Part shown: piece after piece, positions 39,104-49,472 of the stretch
Layout: each line of letters begins with the position of its first letter
Position numbering within the stretch: the stretch's first letter is position 1
Source: Bdellovibrionales bacterium RIFOXYD12_FULL_39_22
Lineage (GTDB): Bacteria; Bdellovibrionota; Bacteriovoracia; Bacteriovoracales; Bacteriovoracaceae
Direction: 5' to 3'
Assembly (NCBI GenBank): GCA_001770205.1
Contig: MEQL01000040.1
Coordinates: 1 to 64,000 of the forward strand
Length of the DNA stretch: 64,000 bases
Made by a program: the position numbers and the translations under genes
The notes under the pieces: generated by a model
Seen by the model: the letters and a program-made list of their open reading frames with translations, nothing else
Told to the model about the DNA's origin: nothing
Database searches by the model: none

Positions 39104-40285
39104 CTAGTTTTTCATTGTAAGAAAATGACAGATCGTCTTAATGCCACCATTTTTGAAACGCAGTTTTTCATGAAGGTAGTTGATGACTGGCGGTAGTTGG
39201 TATTCTGCTGGAAAAATGATTGCCGCTCTTTGTGGATGGAATTTTTCAATAACAGTTTTAACGATAGAGTCAAAATAATTTTGGAGATTGCTCTCATTAA
39301 CTTGGAGACGTTCGTTGTAAGGAGGATTAACAAAAACTATATTGTGTCCACTTATGGGCGGTGTCATATTGACAGCAAAGAGATCTTCTTTTTGGAAAGT
39401 TACGTTTTGAAATCTACCATCAGCATTTAAAAGGGAGAAATTTTTTATGGCGCACTCAACTGTTTTTTTTTGGATATCTGTTCCGTGCAGAGAAGAAAAA
39501 GAAAAGGCCAAACAGCACTCATTGGCCAGAGAGATGTTTTTATCAGATACAATAGGAAGGCCGCGGTATGCAAATGGCCGCTTATCATTTATCTCACAAA
39601 AAAAGAGCGCTTCACAAATAGAAGTACCACTTCCACACATGGGATCTATAAAGTTATAGTGCTGACTTTTATCTAACGGGGATAGGAGTTTATAGATTAG
39701 TCCGGCCGCTAGATTTTCGCGAATTGGTGCTTCGGCCGTGAATTGACGATAAAAACGTTTATGTAGATTTTCTCCTGAGCTGTTGATACTGATGGTGCAG
39801 TCATCATTGTGTATGCGTACAAAAATTTCTTGTTGGCCGGCGGCCTGTGTCTGGGCCTGTGCTTTTTTACTTGGGGGATTCGCTTTGAAGTAGCAGGCGA
39901 TTCCTTCCAGTAGGGCCTTTTCTATTTTTTTTGTGTGCATAAGACGAGAGCTGGTGGCAGAGATATTAGCGTGGATATTATTGTTGGTTATAAAGTCAAC
40001 CCATCTAATTTTGCAAATTTTATTGTATAATTTGGGGTAGTCTCGGCACTTGAAATTGGCGATGCGAAGGAGGATACGGTTGGGGATTTTTAAAAGATGA
40101 TTTAAGGCCAGGCCCTCTAATAGAGGTGCTGAAAAAGAAAAACCTCCAGTATCGAGTATAGTTTTAGGAGGAGCTTTAGCGAAGTAGTTTTGAAATTTTT
40201 CCCTAAATTCGGCCATTGCCAACTTTTCAAAATCAAGCGGGGTGCTGATGAAAAAAAGATTTTCATTAATTTCATTTTTTAGCAT
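39104..40285 (-). CDS. THUMP-domain RNA methyltransferase (RlmL/YpsC-like)
   Basis: SSGENLHKRFYR, APIRENLAA, DPMCGSGT, NPPY. Confidence 0.88.
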   Translation of the reverse strand: MLKNEINENLFFISTPLDFEKLAMAEFREKFQNYFAKAPPKTILDTGGFSFSAPLLEGLALNHLLKIPNRILLRIANFKCRDYPKLYNKICKIRWVDFITNNNIHANISATSSRLMHTKKIEKALLEGIACYFKANPPSKKAQAQTQAAGQQEIFVRIHNDDCTISINSSGENLHKRFYRQFTAEAPIRENLAAGLIYKLLSPLDKSQHYNFIDPMCGSGTSICEALFFCEINDKRPFAYRGLPIVSDKNISLANECCLAFSFSSLHGTDIQKKTVECAIKNFSLLNADGRFQNVTFQKEDLFAVNMTPPISGHNIVFVNPPYNERLQVNESNLQNYFDSIVKTVIEKFHPQRAAIIFPAEYQLPPVINYLHEKLRFKNGGIKTICHFLTMKN

Positions 40286-40320
40286 AGATCATCTTGCCAA
40301 ATAATGGTGTAAAATACAAT

Positions 40321-41055
40321 ATGAGAAAAATGGCCGGAAAATTAACACTAATTCCTACTCCGATTGATGAAGAGACTCCGCTGGATTCGGCCGCGCGCAC
40401 TCTTTTACTTTCTGCTTTTGAAAAAGAGAGAGAGAAATCTATTTTTGCCATTGAAGATATTAGGCCTGGCCGTCGTCGTTGGTTGCGATTTGGTTTGCCA
40501 CGAGAGGCCGTTGATAATCTAGTGCAATACAATGAACATACTAGAGAGAAAGAGAGTGGCCGTCTGATTGAACTAATGCAGCAGGGGATGAATGTTTATC
40601 TAATGAGTGATGGCGGCCTTCCGGCCTTTTGTGATCCTGGCCAGGAGTTAGTGGCCCTTTGCCATCACCATAAAATTAAAGTAACCGCCTCTTCTTTTGC
40701 TAATTCCACCCTCTTGGCCTTAGCGCTATCGGGTTTTTCTCATAAAAAGTTTGTTTTCGAAGGGTTTTTGTCGGCCAAAAAAGAGGAGCGTTTTGGGGAA
40801 TTGGAGCGCTTATGCAAAGATAAACGGACAATCATCCTGATGGACACCCCCTATCGCTTAAAACAGCTATTAGAAGATCTATCTCTTGCCTTGGAGAAGC
40901 AGGGCCAACCAGATCGCAGAGTTTTTTTGGCCTTGGATTTAAATGCGGCCAATGAAGCACTTTACCTTGGAACTGTCGAGGCCTTACGTGCCGGCATTAA
41001 TTATGAGAAAAGAGAGTTTATTTTGGTTCTTGATTGTCTAAGACCGTTTCCTTAA
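40321..41055 (+). CDS. rsmI: RsmI-like 16S rRNA methyltransferase (tetrapyrrole methylase family)
   Basis: LIPTPI, YNEH, MSDGGLPAFCDPG, ALSGF, FEGFL, DTPYRL. Start uncertain (40294-40330). Confidence 0.8.
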   Translation: MRKMAGKLTLIPTPIDEETPLDSAARTLLLSAFEKEREKSIFAIEDIRPGRRRWLRFGLPREAVDNLVQYNEHTREKESGRLIELMQQGMNVYLMSDGGLPAFCDPGQELVALCHHHKIKVTASSFANSTLLALALSGFSHKKFVFEGFLSAKKEERFGELERLCKDKRTIILMDTPYRLKQLLEDLSLALEKQGQPDRRVFLALDLNAANEALYLGTVEALRAGINYEKREFILVLDCLRPFP

Positions 41056-41175
41056 ATCAAAGATTTACCTTACAGTATAAGAGCTCTATTTAGTAATTTG
41101 TGCCCTTATTTATAATTACATTATTTCAAAGGTAGTGACTTTTGATTTTTGCTCAGTTATCAACTTCTTTGCTTT

Positions 41176-42243
41176 ATGAAATCAAAAAAAGTTATAAAGA
41201 GAAAAGAGGATCATCTTGATCTGGCCAAAAAGGCACAGCTTTTTGCTGATTTGGCCGATGGCCGTTTTGATTATGAACCGCTTTTTTCTGCCCATCCCTC
41301 TCTTCAACAGTGTAAGACAGATTTATCTGTTAACTTTCTAGGTAAACAACTTATGGCCCCTCTCTGGATTTCGAGTATGACTGGAGGAGGGAAAAAATCA
41401 GGCCAGATTAATGGACGATTGGCAGAAGTTGCCTCTGAGTTTGGCCTGGGAATGGGATTAGGCTCTTGTCGTCAACTTTTGGAAAAAAATTGTGCAAAAA
41501 AGGTTTGGAACGATTTTGATTTTCGCCCAATTATTGGCGCGAAACTTCCCTTTTTTGCCAATCTGGGAATTGCACAGATTGAAAAGATGCTAAAAGAGGG
41601 CCAGACTGAGCGGATTTATGAATTGATCGATAAGCTTTCTGCTGATGGACTGATTATTCATATAAATCCCTTACAGGAGTGGCTGCAGCCAGAAGGTGAT
41701 AGGTTAGAAAAATCTCCTCTGGAGACACTACAAATTTTTCTCAAAGGTGCCCCCTTTCCGGTTATTGTTAAAGAGGTTGGCCAGGGGTTTGGGCCGGCGT
41801 CTTTACAGGCATTGATACAACTGCCATTGGCCGCCATTGAATTTGCGGCCTTCGGCGGTACTAATTTTTCGCTTTTAGAGTCACTACGTCGCAGACATCA
41901 GGGCCCAATTTCTACTTTGAATCCGCTATGCTTGGTTGGACATAGTGCCAGTGAAATGGTAGAAAATACGGGAAAATTAGTTGTTAAGTTAAAAGAGCTT
42001 GCCCTATGCCGCAATTTTATTGTTTCTGGTGGGATTAGCAATTATTTGGATGGGTATTTTTTTACTTCCAAACTAGAGCAGGCAGTCGGCCATCCAGTGC
42101 TTTATGGGCAGGCGGCGGCCTTTTTAGAGATGGCAACGGTTTCTTATAAGCAATTGAAAGTCTATGTCGCAAAACAGGTGCAGGGATTAATGATGGCCCG
42201 CAATTTTTTAAAAATAAAGTCATCTGCGGGAGAGGTATTGTGA
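41176..42243 (+). CDS. fni: type 2 isopentenyl-diphosphate isomerase
   Basis: RKEDHL, ISSMTGG, GLGS, ANLG, HINPLQEWLQPEGD, VKEVGQG, GGTNF. Confidence 0.95.
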   Translation: MKSKKVIKRKEDHLDLAKKAQLFADLADGRFDYEPLFSAHPSLQQCKTDLSVNFLGKQLMAPLWISSMTGGGKKSGQINGRLAEVASEFGLGMGLGSCRQLLEKNCAKKVWNDFDFRPIIGAKLPFFANLGIAQIEKMLKEGQTERIYELIDKLSADGLIIHINPLQEWLQPEGDRLEKSPLETLQIFLKGAPFPVIVKEVGQGFGPASLQALIQLPLAAIEFAAFGGTNFSLLESLRRRHQGPISTLNPLCLVGHSASEMVENTGKLVVKLKELALCRNFIVSGGISNYLDGYFFTSKLEQAVGHPVLYGQAAAFLEMATVSYKQLKVYVAKQVQGLMMARNFLKIKSSAGEVL

Positions 42244-43580
42244 CAAATTTTTCCGGTTTTTCAAAATTATCTAAAGAACAAAAAATTTCGCTCCTTTCAA
42301 ACCATTTTATTTCCGCAAAAAGCAATACAGAAATGGCCTCACTGTTGAATGGTTTTTGTCACGCAGATAAAAAGATTCAAGAGTTATTTGATAAATTTAG
42401 TGAAAATACTATTTCTAATTACCATTTTCCTTACGGTGTAGTACCGGATTTATGGATGAATGGAAAATCTTATTGTGTTCCTATGGCCATCGAAGAGAGT
42501 TCCGTGGTGGCAGCTGCCAATAAGAGTGCGAAGTTTTGGCGCGCACGAGGTGGTTTTCATAGTGAGATTATTTCTACTACTAAAATTGGGCAAGTTCATC
42601 TGCTTTGGCACGGAGAGTCTTCTCGTCTATTTTCTTTTTTTGAGAGAATTAAAAGTTCGTTGATAGTTGAAGTTGCTCCGCTAATAAAAAATATGGAGTT
42701 GCGAGGTGGCGGAATTTTAGGGATGACGTTGGTAGACAAGACCCAAGAAGAGGCCGGCTATTATCAAATTTTTGTCACCTTTGATACGCGTGATGCTATG
42801 GGGGCCAACTTTATTAATTCTGTTTTAGAAAATTTGGCCAGAAATTTCAAGGCCCAACTGGAGCAGGCCGAGGAATTAAGTGAAGTAGAGCGAGATGTCG
42901 ATATTATTATGTCGATATTATCCAACTATACGCCGGAATGTTTAGTACAAACTTATGTGGAATGTAAGATTGAAGAGCTGCATGATAATAAATTGGAGAT
43001 GGATGCGCTGGAGTTTGCCCATAAATTTCAGATGGCCTGCAAAATTGCTAAGCTGGATGTTTATCGAGCGGTGACACATAATAAGGGAATTTTTAATGGG
43101 ATTGATGCGGTGGTGTTGGCCACCGGAAATGATTTTCGGGCCGTAGAAGCTGCCGGCCATGCTTATGCGGCCCGCGATGGGCAATATCGAGGATTGACCG
43201 ATGTCATCATTGACAATGGTATTTTTAGATTCACTCTAACGATTCCTTTGAGCGTTGGAACGGTGGGAGGACTCACCTCCTTGCATCCTCTGGCCGCACT
43301 CTCGCTGGAAATGTTAGGAAGGCCTTCGGCCAATGAGCTGATGATGATTACCTCGGCGATTGGTTTAGCACAAAATTTTGGGGCATTAAGATCTTTGGTC
43401 ACAACAGGTATTCAAAAAGGCCATATGAAAATGCATTTGATTAATATTTTAAATCAATTGCAGGCCGGGCGTGCCGAGAGCGAAGCGGCCTGTAGTTATT
43501 TTGCTGATAAAGTTATCTCTTTTAGTGATGTTCGCAATTTTTTGAAAAATGATATGCGGAGAGAAACGAATGTTAATTAA
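42240..43580 (+). CDS. mvaA: class II HMG-CoA reductase
   Basis: GFSKLS, SENTI, PMAIEESSVVAA, DAMGAN, THNKGIFNG, GNDFRA, GIQKGHMKMH. Confidence 0.96.
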   Translation: MTNFSGFSKLSKEQKISLLSNHFISAKSNTEMASLLNGFCHADKKIQELFDKFSENTISNYHFPYGVVPDLWMNGKSYCVPMAIEESSVVAAANKSAKFWRARGGFHSEIISTTKIGQVHLLWHGESSRLFSFFERIKSSLIVEVAPLIKNMELRGGGILGMTLVDKTQEEAGYYQIFVTFDTRDAMGANFINSVLENLARNFKAQLEQAEELSEVERDVDIIMSILSNYTPECLVQTYVECKIEELHDNKLEMDALEFAHKFQMACKIAKLDVYRAVTHNKGIFNGIDAVVLATGNDFRAVEAAGHAYAARDGQYRGLTDVIIDNGIFRFTLTIPLSVGTVGGLTSLHPLAALSLEMLGRPSANELMMITSAIGLAQNFGALRSLVTTGIQKGHMKMHLINILNQLQAGRAESEAACSYFADKVISFSDVRNFLKNDMRRETNVN

Positions 43581-44649
43581 ATCCAGAAGAAATAATACCA
43601 ACCAATATGATCAGTTCTTTTTTGGCCGAGGAAAGTTACTACTGACTGGTGAGTATTTTGTTTTAGATGGTGCAACTTCTTTGGCCTTGCCTCTTAAGGT
43701 AGGACAGGCCTTGACAGTGGAATATGCTCAGTCATATTCTCCCAAACTTCATTGGCGCAGTTTTGATGTTAATGGCAACTTATGGTTAGATTGCCGTTTT
43801 GAATTTTGGCGTTTTAACTGCTTGGATGAACGAGTGCCAAAAGAGATTGAACTTTTACAGACACTGTTGCGTCAAGCACGCAAACAAAACCCTCATTTTT
43901 TGCGTGATGAAGTAGATGTTTATGTTACGACCAAATTAGGCTTTCCTCTTGAGTGGGGATTGGGAAGTAGCTCTTCACTAATTTATAATATTGCTCAATG
44001 GGCATATATTAGTCCTTTTGAATTACTTTTTAATACCTATGGTGGCTCTGGCTACGACATCGCTTGCGCTCAATCAGACGGGCCAATCTTGTATGAAAAA
44101 CAAAAAAGTGGCCCGAACTGGTCACCAACCAAATTCAATCCACCCTTTTCAGATAAATTGTATTTTGTATATAGAGGAACTAAGCAAGATTCGCAGGCGG
44201 CAATTTTACGCTATAATCAATCATGGCCTTATCCGCCTGAAGCGATCTATTCTATCTCGGAAATAACTAAAGGAATTCTAGAGGCAAAGAGCTTAGATGA
44301 ATTTAATTTTCTGATTGCCGGCCATGAGAAACTAGTTGCCAAATATTTAAAACTTATTCCGGTAAAAGAAGAGTTTTTCGCTGATTATTGGGGGGAAATA
44401 AAATCACTTGGTGCCTGGGGCGGAGATTTTATTTTAGTGACCAGTGATCGATCTTACAAAGAAACTAAGGCATATTTCGAAGAACGTAATTTTAACATCT
44501 GTATTCCCTACAAAGATCTAGTACTTTCCGAAGATAGTTGTAAGGCCACGGTTAATACCACTTCCGTTGCAGATATTTTAGCAGAAGAAGTTATTCCCCT
44601 GGCCGTGGTTAATGACGGAAGAGCAGGATCAAATGTGCAGCTACAGTGA
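43570..44649 (+). CDS. GYDIA-family GHMP kinase (probable phosphomevalonate kinase)
   Basis: GKLLLTGEYFVLDGA, WGLGSSS, GSGYDIACA, KSLGAWGGDF. Confidence 0.9.
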   Translation: MLIKSRRNNTNQYDQFFFGRGKLLLTGEYFVLDGATSLALPLKVGQALTVEYAQSYSPKLHWRSFDVNGNLWLDCRFEFWRFNCLDERVPKEIELLQTLLRQARKQNPHFLRDEVDVYVTTKLGFPLEWGLGSSSSLIYNIAQWAYISPFELLFNTYGGSGYDIACAQSDGPILYEKQKSGPNWSPTKFNPPFSDKLYFVYRGTKQDSQAAILRYNQSWPYPPEAIYSISEITKGILEAKSLDEFNFLIAGHEKLVAKYLKLIPVKEEFFADYWGEIKSLGAWGGDFILVTSDRSYKETKAYFEERNFNICIPYKDLVLSEDSCKATVNTTSVADILAEEVIPLAVVNDGRAGSNVQLQ

Positions 44650-45754
44650 TGGTGGATTGACGCTGAAACAAAGTAAGCTGACGGCCGCAGAAATAGAAAA
44701 CAAAATTATTACAGTCAGCTCTCCCTCTAATATTGCACTGGTAAAGTACTGGGGGAAACATGGGAATCAACTACCGCTTAATCCTTCGATTAGTTTTACC
44801 CTATCACAGGCAAAAACAGAGAGTCGCTTACAAGTATCAATTTTGAAAGAGAGTTCTTCGGAGGTTGCATGTAACTTTGTTTTTGCCGGTGCTTCGGATA
44901 CTGCCTTCGCTTTGCGAATAAAAAAATTTTTACTAGAATTGGTTCCGATTTTTCCATTTATAAAAGAGCTAGAGTTCAATTTCGCCACGAAAAATACTTT
45001 CCCCCACTCCGCAGGAATTGCTTCTTCAGCCTCGTCTATGAGCGCTATCGCACTCTCATTATGCCTGTTAGAAAAATTTATTTTTTCACATTTGCTAATT
45101 AATGACGAGGAAGATGCTTTAAAAAAGAAGGCATCTTTTGTTGCTCGTTTGGGATCGGGGAGTGCTTGTCGTTCTATATTTGGCGGGGTGGTTTGCTGGG
45201 GAGATGTCGATAAAAACTGTGAGGAGCGTAACTATTTTGGAAAAAAAATTACAGAAGTTGCCCCTGTTTTTTTAGATTATCAAGATGCCATACTCATTGT
45301 TTCTTCTGCCAAAAAAGAGGTTTCTAGTTCTCAAGGACATCGGTTGATGGAAAATCATCCTTTTAAAAGAGCACGAGTTGAGATGGCCTATCATAATGCT
45401 TTGGAAATGCTGACTGCTTTACGCACCGCAGATCTTGCGAGCTTTGCTCGAATTGTAGAATTAGAGGCACTGACGTTGCATGGATTGATGATGTCTTCTT
45501 CTCCTTCTTATTGTTTATTACATCCAAATAGTCTGCAGATTATACAAAAAATAAAAGAGTATCGATCCCAAACTGGCCTGCCGCTGACTTTTACATTAGA
45601 TGCAGGGCCCAATATTCATCTTCTTTTTCCTTCCAAAATTCAAGGAGAAGTTAAAAACTTTATTACTAGAGAACTGCTTTCTTTTTTAGAAGATGGGCAG
45701 GTGATATATGATTGGATAGGCGAAGGAGCAGGTGAGATTAGTTATGCCACATGA
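44612..45754 (+). CDS. mvaD: diphosphomevalonate decarboxylase
   Basis: PSNIALVKYWGK, NPSISFTL, GIASSAS, RLGSGSACRS, FTLDAGPNIH. Confidence 0.95.
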   Translation: MTEEQDQMCSYSDGGLTLKQSKLTAAEIENKIITVSSPSNIALVKYWGKHGNQLPLNPSISFTLSQAKTESRLQVSILKESSSEVACNFVFAGASDTAFALRIKKFLLELVPIFPFIKELEFNFATKNTFPHSAGIASSASSMSAIALSLCLLEKFIFSHLLINDEEDALKKKASFVARLGSGSACRSIFGGVVCWGDVDKNCEERNYFGKKITEVAPVFLDYQDAILIVSSAKKEVSSSQGHRLMENHPFKRARVEMAYHNALEMLTALRTADLASFARIVELEALTLHGLMMSSSPSYCLLHPNSLQIIQKIKEYRSQTGLPLTFTLDAGPNIHLLFPSKIQGEVKNFITRELLSFLEDGQVIYDWIGEGAGEISYAT

Positions 45755-46685
45755 ACGTCGTTTTTTTTCTAAAATATTACTTTTTGGAGAATATAGCATC
45801 ATTAAAGATTCAATGGCACTGGCCACTCCGTATGCTCTTTTTGATGGACACTTGAAATTTAAAAGCTCTCCTTCCCGTAGCAGCGATAATGGCAACTCTC
45901 AGGGAAATGAATTTCGCGCCTATGCCCAGCACATTGAAAATTTAATAGAACAAAAATTGTTGCCAGTAGACATTGATATTAATGCGTTTAAGTTTGATAT
46001 CGCGCAAGGTTTATTTTTTAGTTCCACTATTCCACAAGGCTTTGGCCTGGGAAGTTCCGGCGCATTGGTGGCGGCAATCTACGATCGTTATGTAGATAAG
46101 AAAGATCGCGAACGCTTGCGCGCAGATATATTAAAATTAAAAGAGATATTTGCCTTATTGGAATCACACTTTCACGGAGCAAGTTCGGGAATAGATCCCC
46201 TGATTAGTTATTTGAATACTTCTATTTTACTGCGAAGCAAAGATGAAATTTCCGCAGTAAAATTTCCTGATTACACCGAGGGAGTGGGGGGTATTTTCCT
46301 TTTAAACACTGGGCGATCTAGGAGAACAGAGCCACTAGTTAATCTTTTTTTGGAAAAATGTAATAGTAATTTAGAATTTAGCAATCTTTGTGTTAATCGC
46401 TTGGCCCCTATTACCAATAGTTGTATTAACTCTTTTTTGGAGAAAGACACGGCCACCCTCTATCAGGCATTTCGTGATATCTCTGATTTTCAATTGAGTC
46501 ATTTTACCCCGATGATTCCAAAATTGTTTCGAGATATTTGGGAGCGAGGCCTAAAAAGTGAATGTTACTCATTAAAACTTTGCGGTGCTGGAGGCGGGGG
46601 ATTTTTGCTGGGTATAACAAAAAATTTTAGCGATACTTTTTCTATGTTATCTAAGATTGAAGTCCGTTCATTATTTAAATTTTAA
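45744..46685 (+). CDS. mvk: mevalonate kinase (Bacteroidetes-like)
   Basis: KILLFGEY, IPQGFGLGSSGALVAAIY, HGASSGIDP, KLCGAGGGG. Confidence 0.9.
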   Translation: MPHERRFFSKILLFGEYSIIKDSMALATPYALFDGHLKFKSSPSRSSDNGNSQGNEFRAYAQHIENLIEQKLLPVDIDINAFKFDIAQGLFFSSTIPQGFGLGSSGALVAAIYDRYVDKKDRERLRADILKLKEIFALLESHFHGASSGIDPLISYLNTSILLRSKDEISAVKFPDYTEGVGGIFLLNTGRSRRTEPLVNLFLEKCNSNLEFSNLCVNRLAPITNSCINSFLEKDTATLYQAFRDISDFQLSHFTPMIPKLFRDIWERGLKSECYSLKLCGAGGGGFLLGITKNFSDTFSMLSKIEVRSLFKF

Positions 46686-46697
46686 GGAGCAAGAGAG

Positions 46698-47789
46698 ATG
46701 AGTAATGTCTATCTAGCGCGAGTTTCGTCGTCAGCCTCAACAGCAGAAATCGAAGATAAAATTAGACTTCTGATTAAAAAAAGTGACCTTCTCCGCGTAG
46801 TAACCTCTAATGACCTAACGGCCGTAAAATGTCATTTTGGGGAAGAAGGAAATAGTACCTATTTACCGGCCAACTACATCAAACAAGTAGTTGAGGCAAT
46901 AACCAAGGTAGGAGCACGGCCGTTTGTAACAGACACAAATGTTTTATATAAAAGTCGAAGAGACAATAGCTATGATCATTTGCAGTTGGCCAGAGAACAT
47001 GGTTTTTCCCATGAGACATTACAGGCCCCTGTTATAATTGCCGATGGAATAAAAGGGAAAAACGAAAAAGAAATTTTAATTGAGGCCCCACAAAATAGAA
47101 CAGTGTTTATTGCGTCTGATTATGTAGATGCCGATTCGCTTATTGTGATCACACATGCCACTGGCCATTTGGCCACAGGACTGGGAGCAACTATTAAAAA
47201 TTTAGGTATGGGGATGGCCTCGCGTAAAGGAAAGTTGCGACAACATTCTGTCTCTCATCCGCTTATTGATGCTAAAAATTGTACAGCATGTGAAAAATGT
47301 CTACAGTGGTGTCCGAGTGATGCAATAAAAATGGTAAGTAGTAATAGTGGAAACAAACATCATTATGCTCAAATCAACGATGAAGATTGTATCGGCTGTG
47401 GAGAATGTCTGGCCACCTGTCGGATGGGGGCCGTAAAATTTAAATGGGACTCTTCTTCAAAATTTTTGCAGCAACAGATTGTTGAACATGCGTTGGGCAT
47501 TGTGAAAATAAAAAAAGACAAAATGGCCTATTTAACCTTTTTAGTGCAGATGACAAAAGATTGTGATTGTTTACCTCAAGCGGCCGAATTTGTAGTGGAA
47601 GATATTGGTATTTTGGCCGGTTTTGATCCAGTGGCCTTGGATCAGGCCGTTTTGGATTTAACGACTAGGAAAAATGGTAAAGATAATTTGGCAACACTGT
47701 CTTATGCCGCTCACGATCCAAGTATACAACTAGAGTATGGTGAGCAAGTAGGTCTAGGCCAACGAGAGTATCAACTGATAGAGATTTAG
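46698..47789 (+). CDS. DUF362 / 4Fe-4S ferredoxin-domain protein
   Basis: VKCHFGEEGN, TDTNVLY, GH...G.GA.IKNLGMG, two CxxCxxCxxxC motifs, DCDC, DPVALDQA. Confidence 0.88.
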   Translation: MSNVYLARVSSSASTAEIEDKIRLLIKKSDLLRVVTSNDLTAVKCHFGEEGNSTYLPANYIKQVVEAITKVGARPFVTDTNVLYKSRRDNSYDHLQLAREHGFSHETLQAPVIIADGIKGKNEKEILIEAPQNRTVFIASDYVDADSLIVITHATGHLATGLGATIKNLGMGMASRKGKLRQHSVSHPLIDAKNCTACEKCLQWCPSDAIKMVSSNSGNKHHYAQINDEDCIGCGECLATCRMGAVKFKWDSSSKFLQQQIVEHALGIVKIKKDKMAYLTFLVQMTKDCDCLPQAAEFVVEDIGILAGFDPVALDQAVLDLTTRKNGKDNLATLSYAAHDPSIQLEYGEQVGLGQREYQLIEI

Positions 47790-47795
47790 TATAAT

Positions 47796-48503
47796 TCAAG
47801 TTGCATCTGGAAGAGTAAGCGTCGCTTTTTTATTAATTTGGAGTGCACGCTCTGATCGGGATAAGTTCCAGGTGCGAATTATTTGTCCATTTTGAGAGTC
47901 AACATGGGCGGAATAACTTCGGCGTTCTTGATTGGGCATAATAAAAAATATATTTACTCGCTCAATAAAACGGCCTTCATTTTTGCTGTTTACTTCTATC
48001 CAACTATCTTCGTGATTAATAATAAGCGAAGTATTTTCCTCTTGAAAGCGAAAGAGTTCCTCTCCCAGTTTTGTCTCCCAGTCAGCAGAGATTTCATTGA
48101 GCATAGGGAGTTCTATTTTTTCATCGGTAAAGTTAGAAATATTTGCTCCAGTTAAATAACGATTTAGGCGTTTGGGATATTGGCCTTGTGCAATAAGCTC
48201 ATCATTTTCCTCATTGCTTGCTTCATTGCTATTTTTTGTAGAAGTTAGCGTATCGGCCGGTAGTTTATTATCTCCAATTTGTAATCGTTCTAAATCATCA
48301 TTTGTTGCTTTGGTTGCAGAAATCGTTTGATTGGATTTTGTGTAAAGGGTATAGCGTTGTTCTTTATCTTGGAGTGATGATGGGCGAGTTATTTGTCGAT
48401 TGCTAGAATCTGATTTTAGAAAATAAAAAGGAGAGAGAATAATTAAAGTGAAAATGAATAGGGATATTAGGGCCAAGATATTTTTTTTTCTCATACAGGC
48501 CAA
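47796..48503 (-). CDS. hypothetical membrane-anchored periplasmic protein
   Basis: N-terminal TM. C-terminal VDSQNGQII resembles a PepSY-type motif. Confidence 0.65.
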   Translation of the reverse strand: MACMRKKNILALISLFIFTLIILSPFYFLKSDSSNRQITRPSSLQDKEQRYTLYTKSNQTISATKATNDDLERLQIGDNKLPADTLTSTKNSNEASNEENDELIAQGQYPKRLNRYLTGANISNFTDEKIELPMLNEISADWETKLGEELFRFQEENTSLIINHEDSWIEVNSKNEGRFIERVNIFFIMPNQERRSYSAHVDSQNGQIIRTWNLSRSERALQINKKATLTLPDAT

Positions 48504-48531
48504 AGTCTATAACGGCGCAAAAGAGACGTCA

Positions 48532-49470
48532 TTATTTTTTTGCGTTGATGGTTGCCAGGCATTTTGAGGTAGTGGCCTTACCAAGTTTATTTAAAATAAA
48601 GCGAGAGGCAACTGCTAGCTTATTTAAATCAACACCGGTGTTAATCTTGGAACTTTCTAACATAAAAACTAAATCTTCGGTGGCCAAATTACCAGGTGCC
48701 CCGGGAGCATATGGGCATCCACCCAATCCCCCAGAGGATGAATCAAATTTACTAATTCCATGCTGGAGACTGACAAAAACATTGGCCAAAGCTTGTCCAC
48801 GAGAGTCATGAAAATGCATGGCAAATTTAGCAAGGTCAAAATTAAGTTTAAGTTCATTTAAGAGTTTATTTACTTCCATGGGGGTGGCCACTCCAATGGT
48901 ATCACCCAACGATATTTCATAAGCACCTAGAGTAAAAAGTTTTTTGATTACCTTTTTTAGAGTAGAAATCTTAGTCTTGCCCTCGTAAGGGCAACCAAAA
49001 ACAGTAGAGATATACCCCCGCACTTTGCACCGATGCTTTTTTGCTAGCTGAGTAATTGGAATAAAACGGGTAAATGACTCATCAATGCTGGCATTGATGT
49101 TATGGCGATTAAAACTCTCTGAGGTGGCGGTAAAAATGGCCACTTCAGAAACCTTGGAAGCAATGGCCGCCTGCATTCCCTTGGCGTTAGGAATAAGAAC
49201 AGGAAGATTTATAGAATTGCCAAAAGCAGACTGGAGTTTTGCCAGTAGATATGCGGCATCGGCCATTTGTGGTACGCGATCTGGGCGTACGAAGCTAGTT
49301 ACTTCGATATTTTTAAGGCCTGCAGCAACTAAAAGTGAAATGTAATTAAATTTATCCTCGCTACTAAGCAGCAGACTTTCATTTTGCAGGCCATCTCTTG
49401 GCCCAACTTCAATAATTTTAACTTTTCTAGGAAGTGAGAATTTTACTGGCCTGGCGGTACCTGATGACAT
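48532..49470 (-). CDS. liuE: hydroxymethylglutaryl-CoA lyase
   Basis: EVGPRDGLQNE, FGCPYEG, SLGDTIG, HFHD, GLGGCPYAPGA.GN.ATED. Confidence 0.95.
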   Translation of the reverse strand: MSSGTARPVKFSLPRKVKIIEVGPRDGLQNESLLLSSEDKFNYISLLVAAGLKNIEVTSFVRPDRVPQMADAAYLLAKLQSAFGNSINLPVLIPNAKGMQAAIASKVSEVAIFTATSESFNRHNINASIDESFTRFIPITQLAKKHRCKVRGYISTVFGCPYEGKTKISTLKKVIKKLFTLGAYEISLGDTIGVATPMEVNKLLNELKLNFDLAKFAMHFHDSRGQALANVFVSLQHGISKFDSSSGGLGGCPYAPGAPGNLATEDLVFMLESSKINTGVDLNKLAVASRFILNKLGKATTSKCLATINAKK

Positions 49471-49472
49471 CT

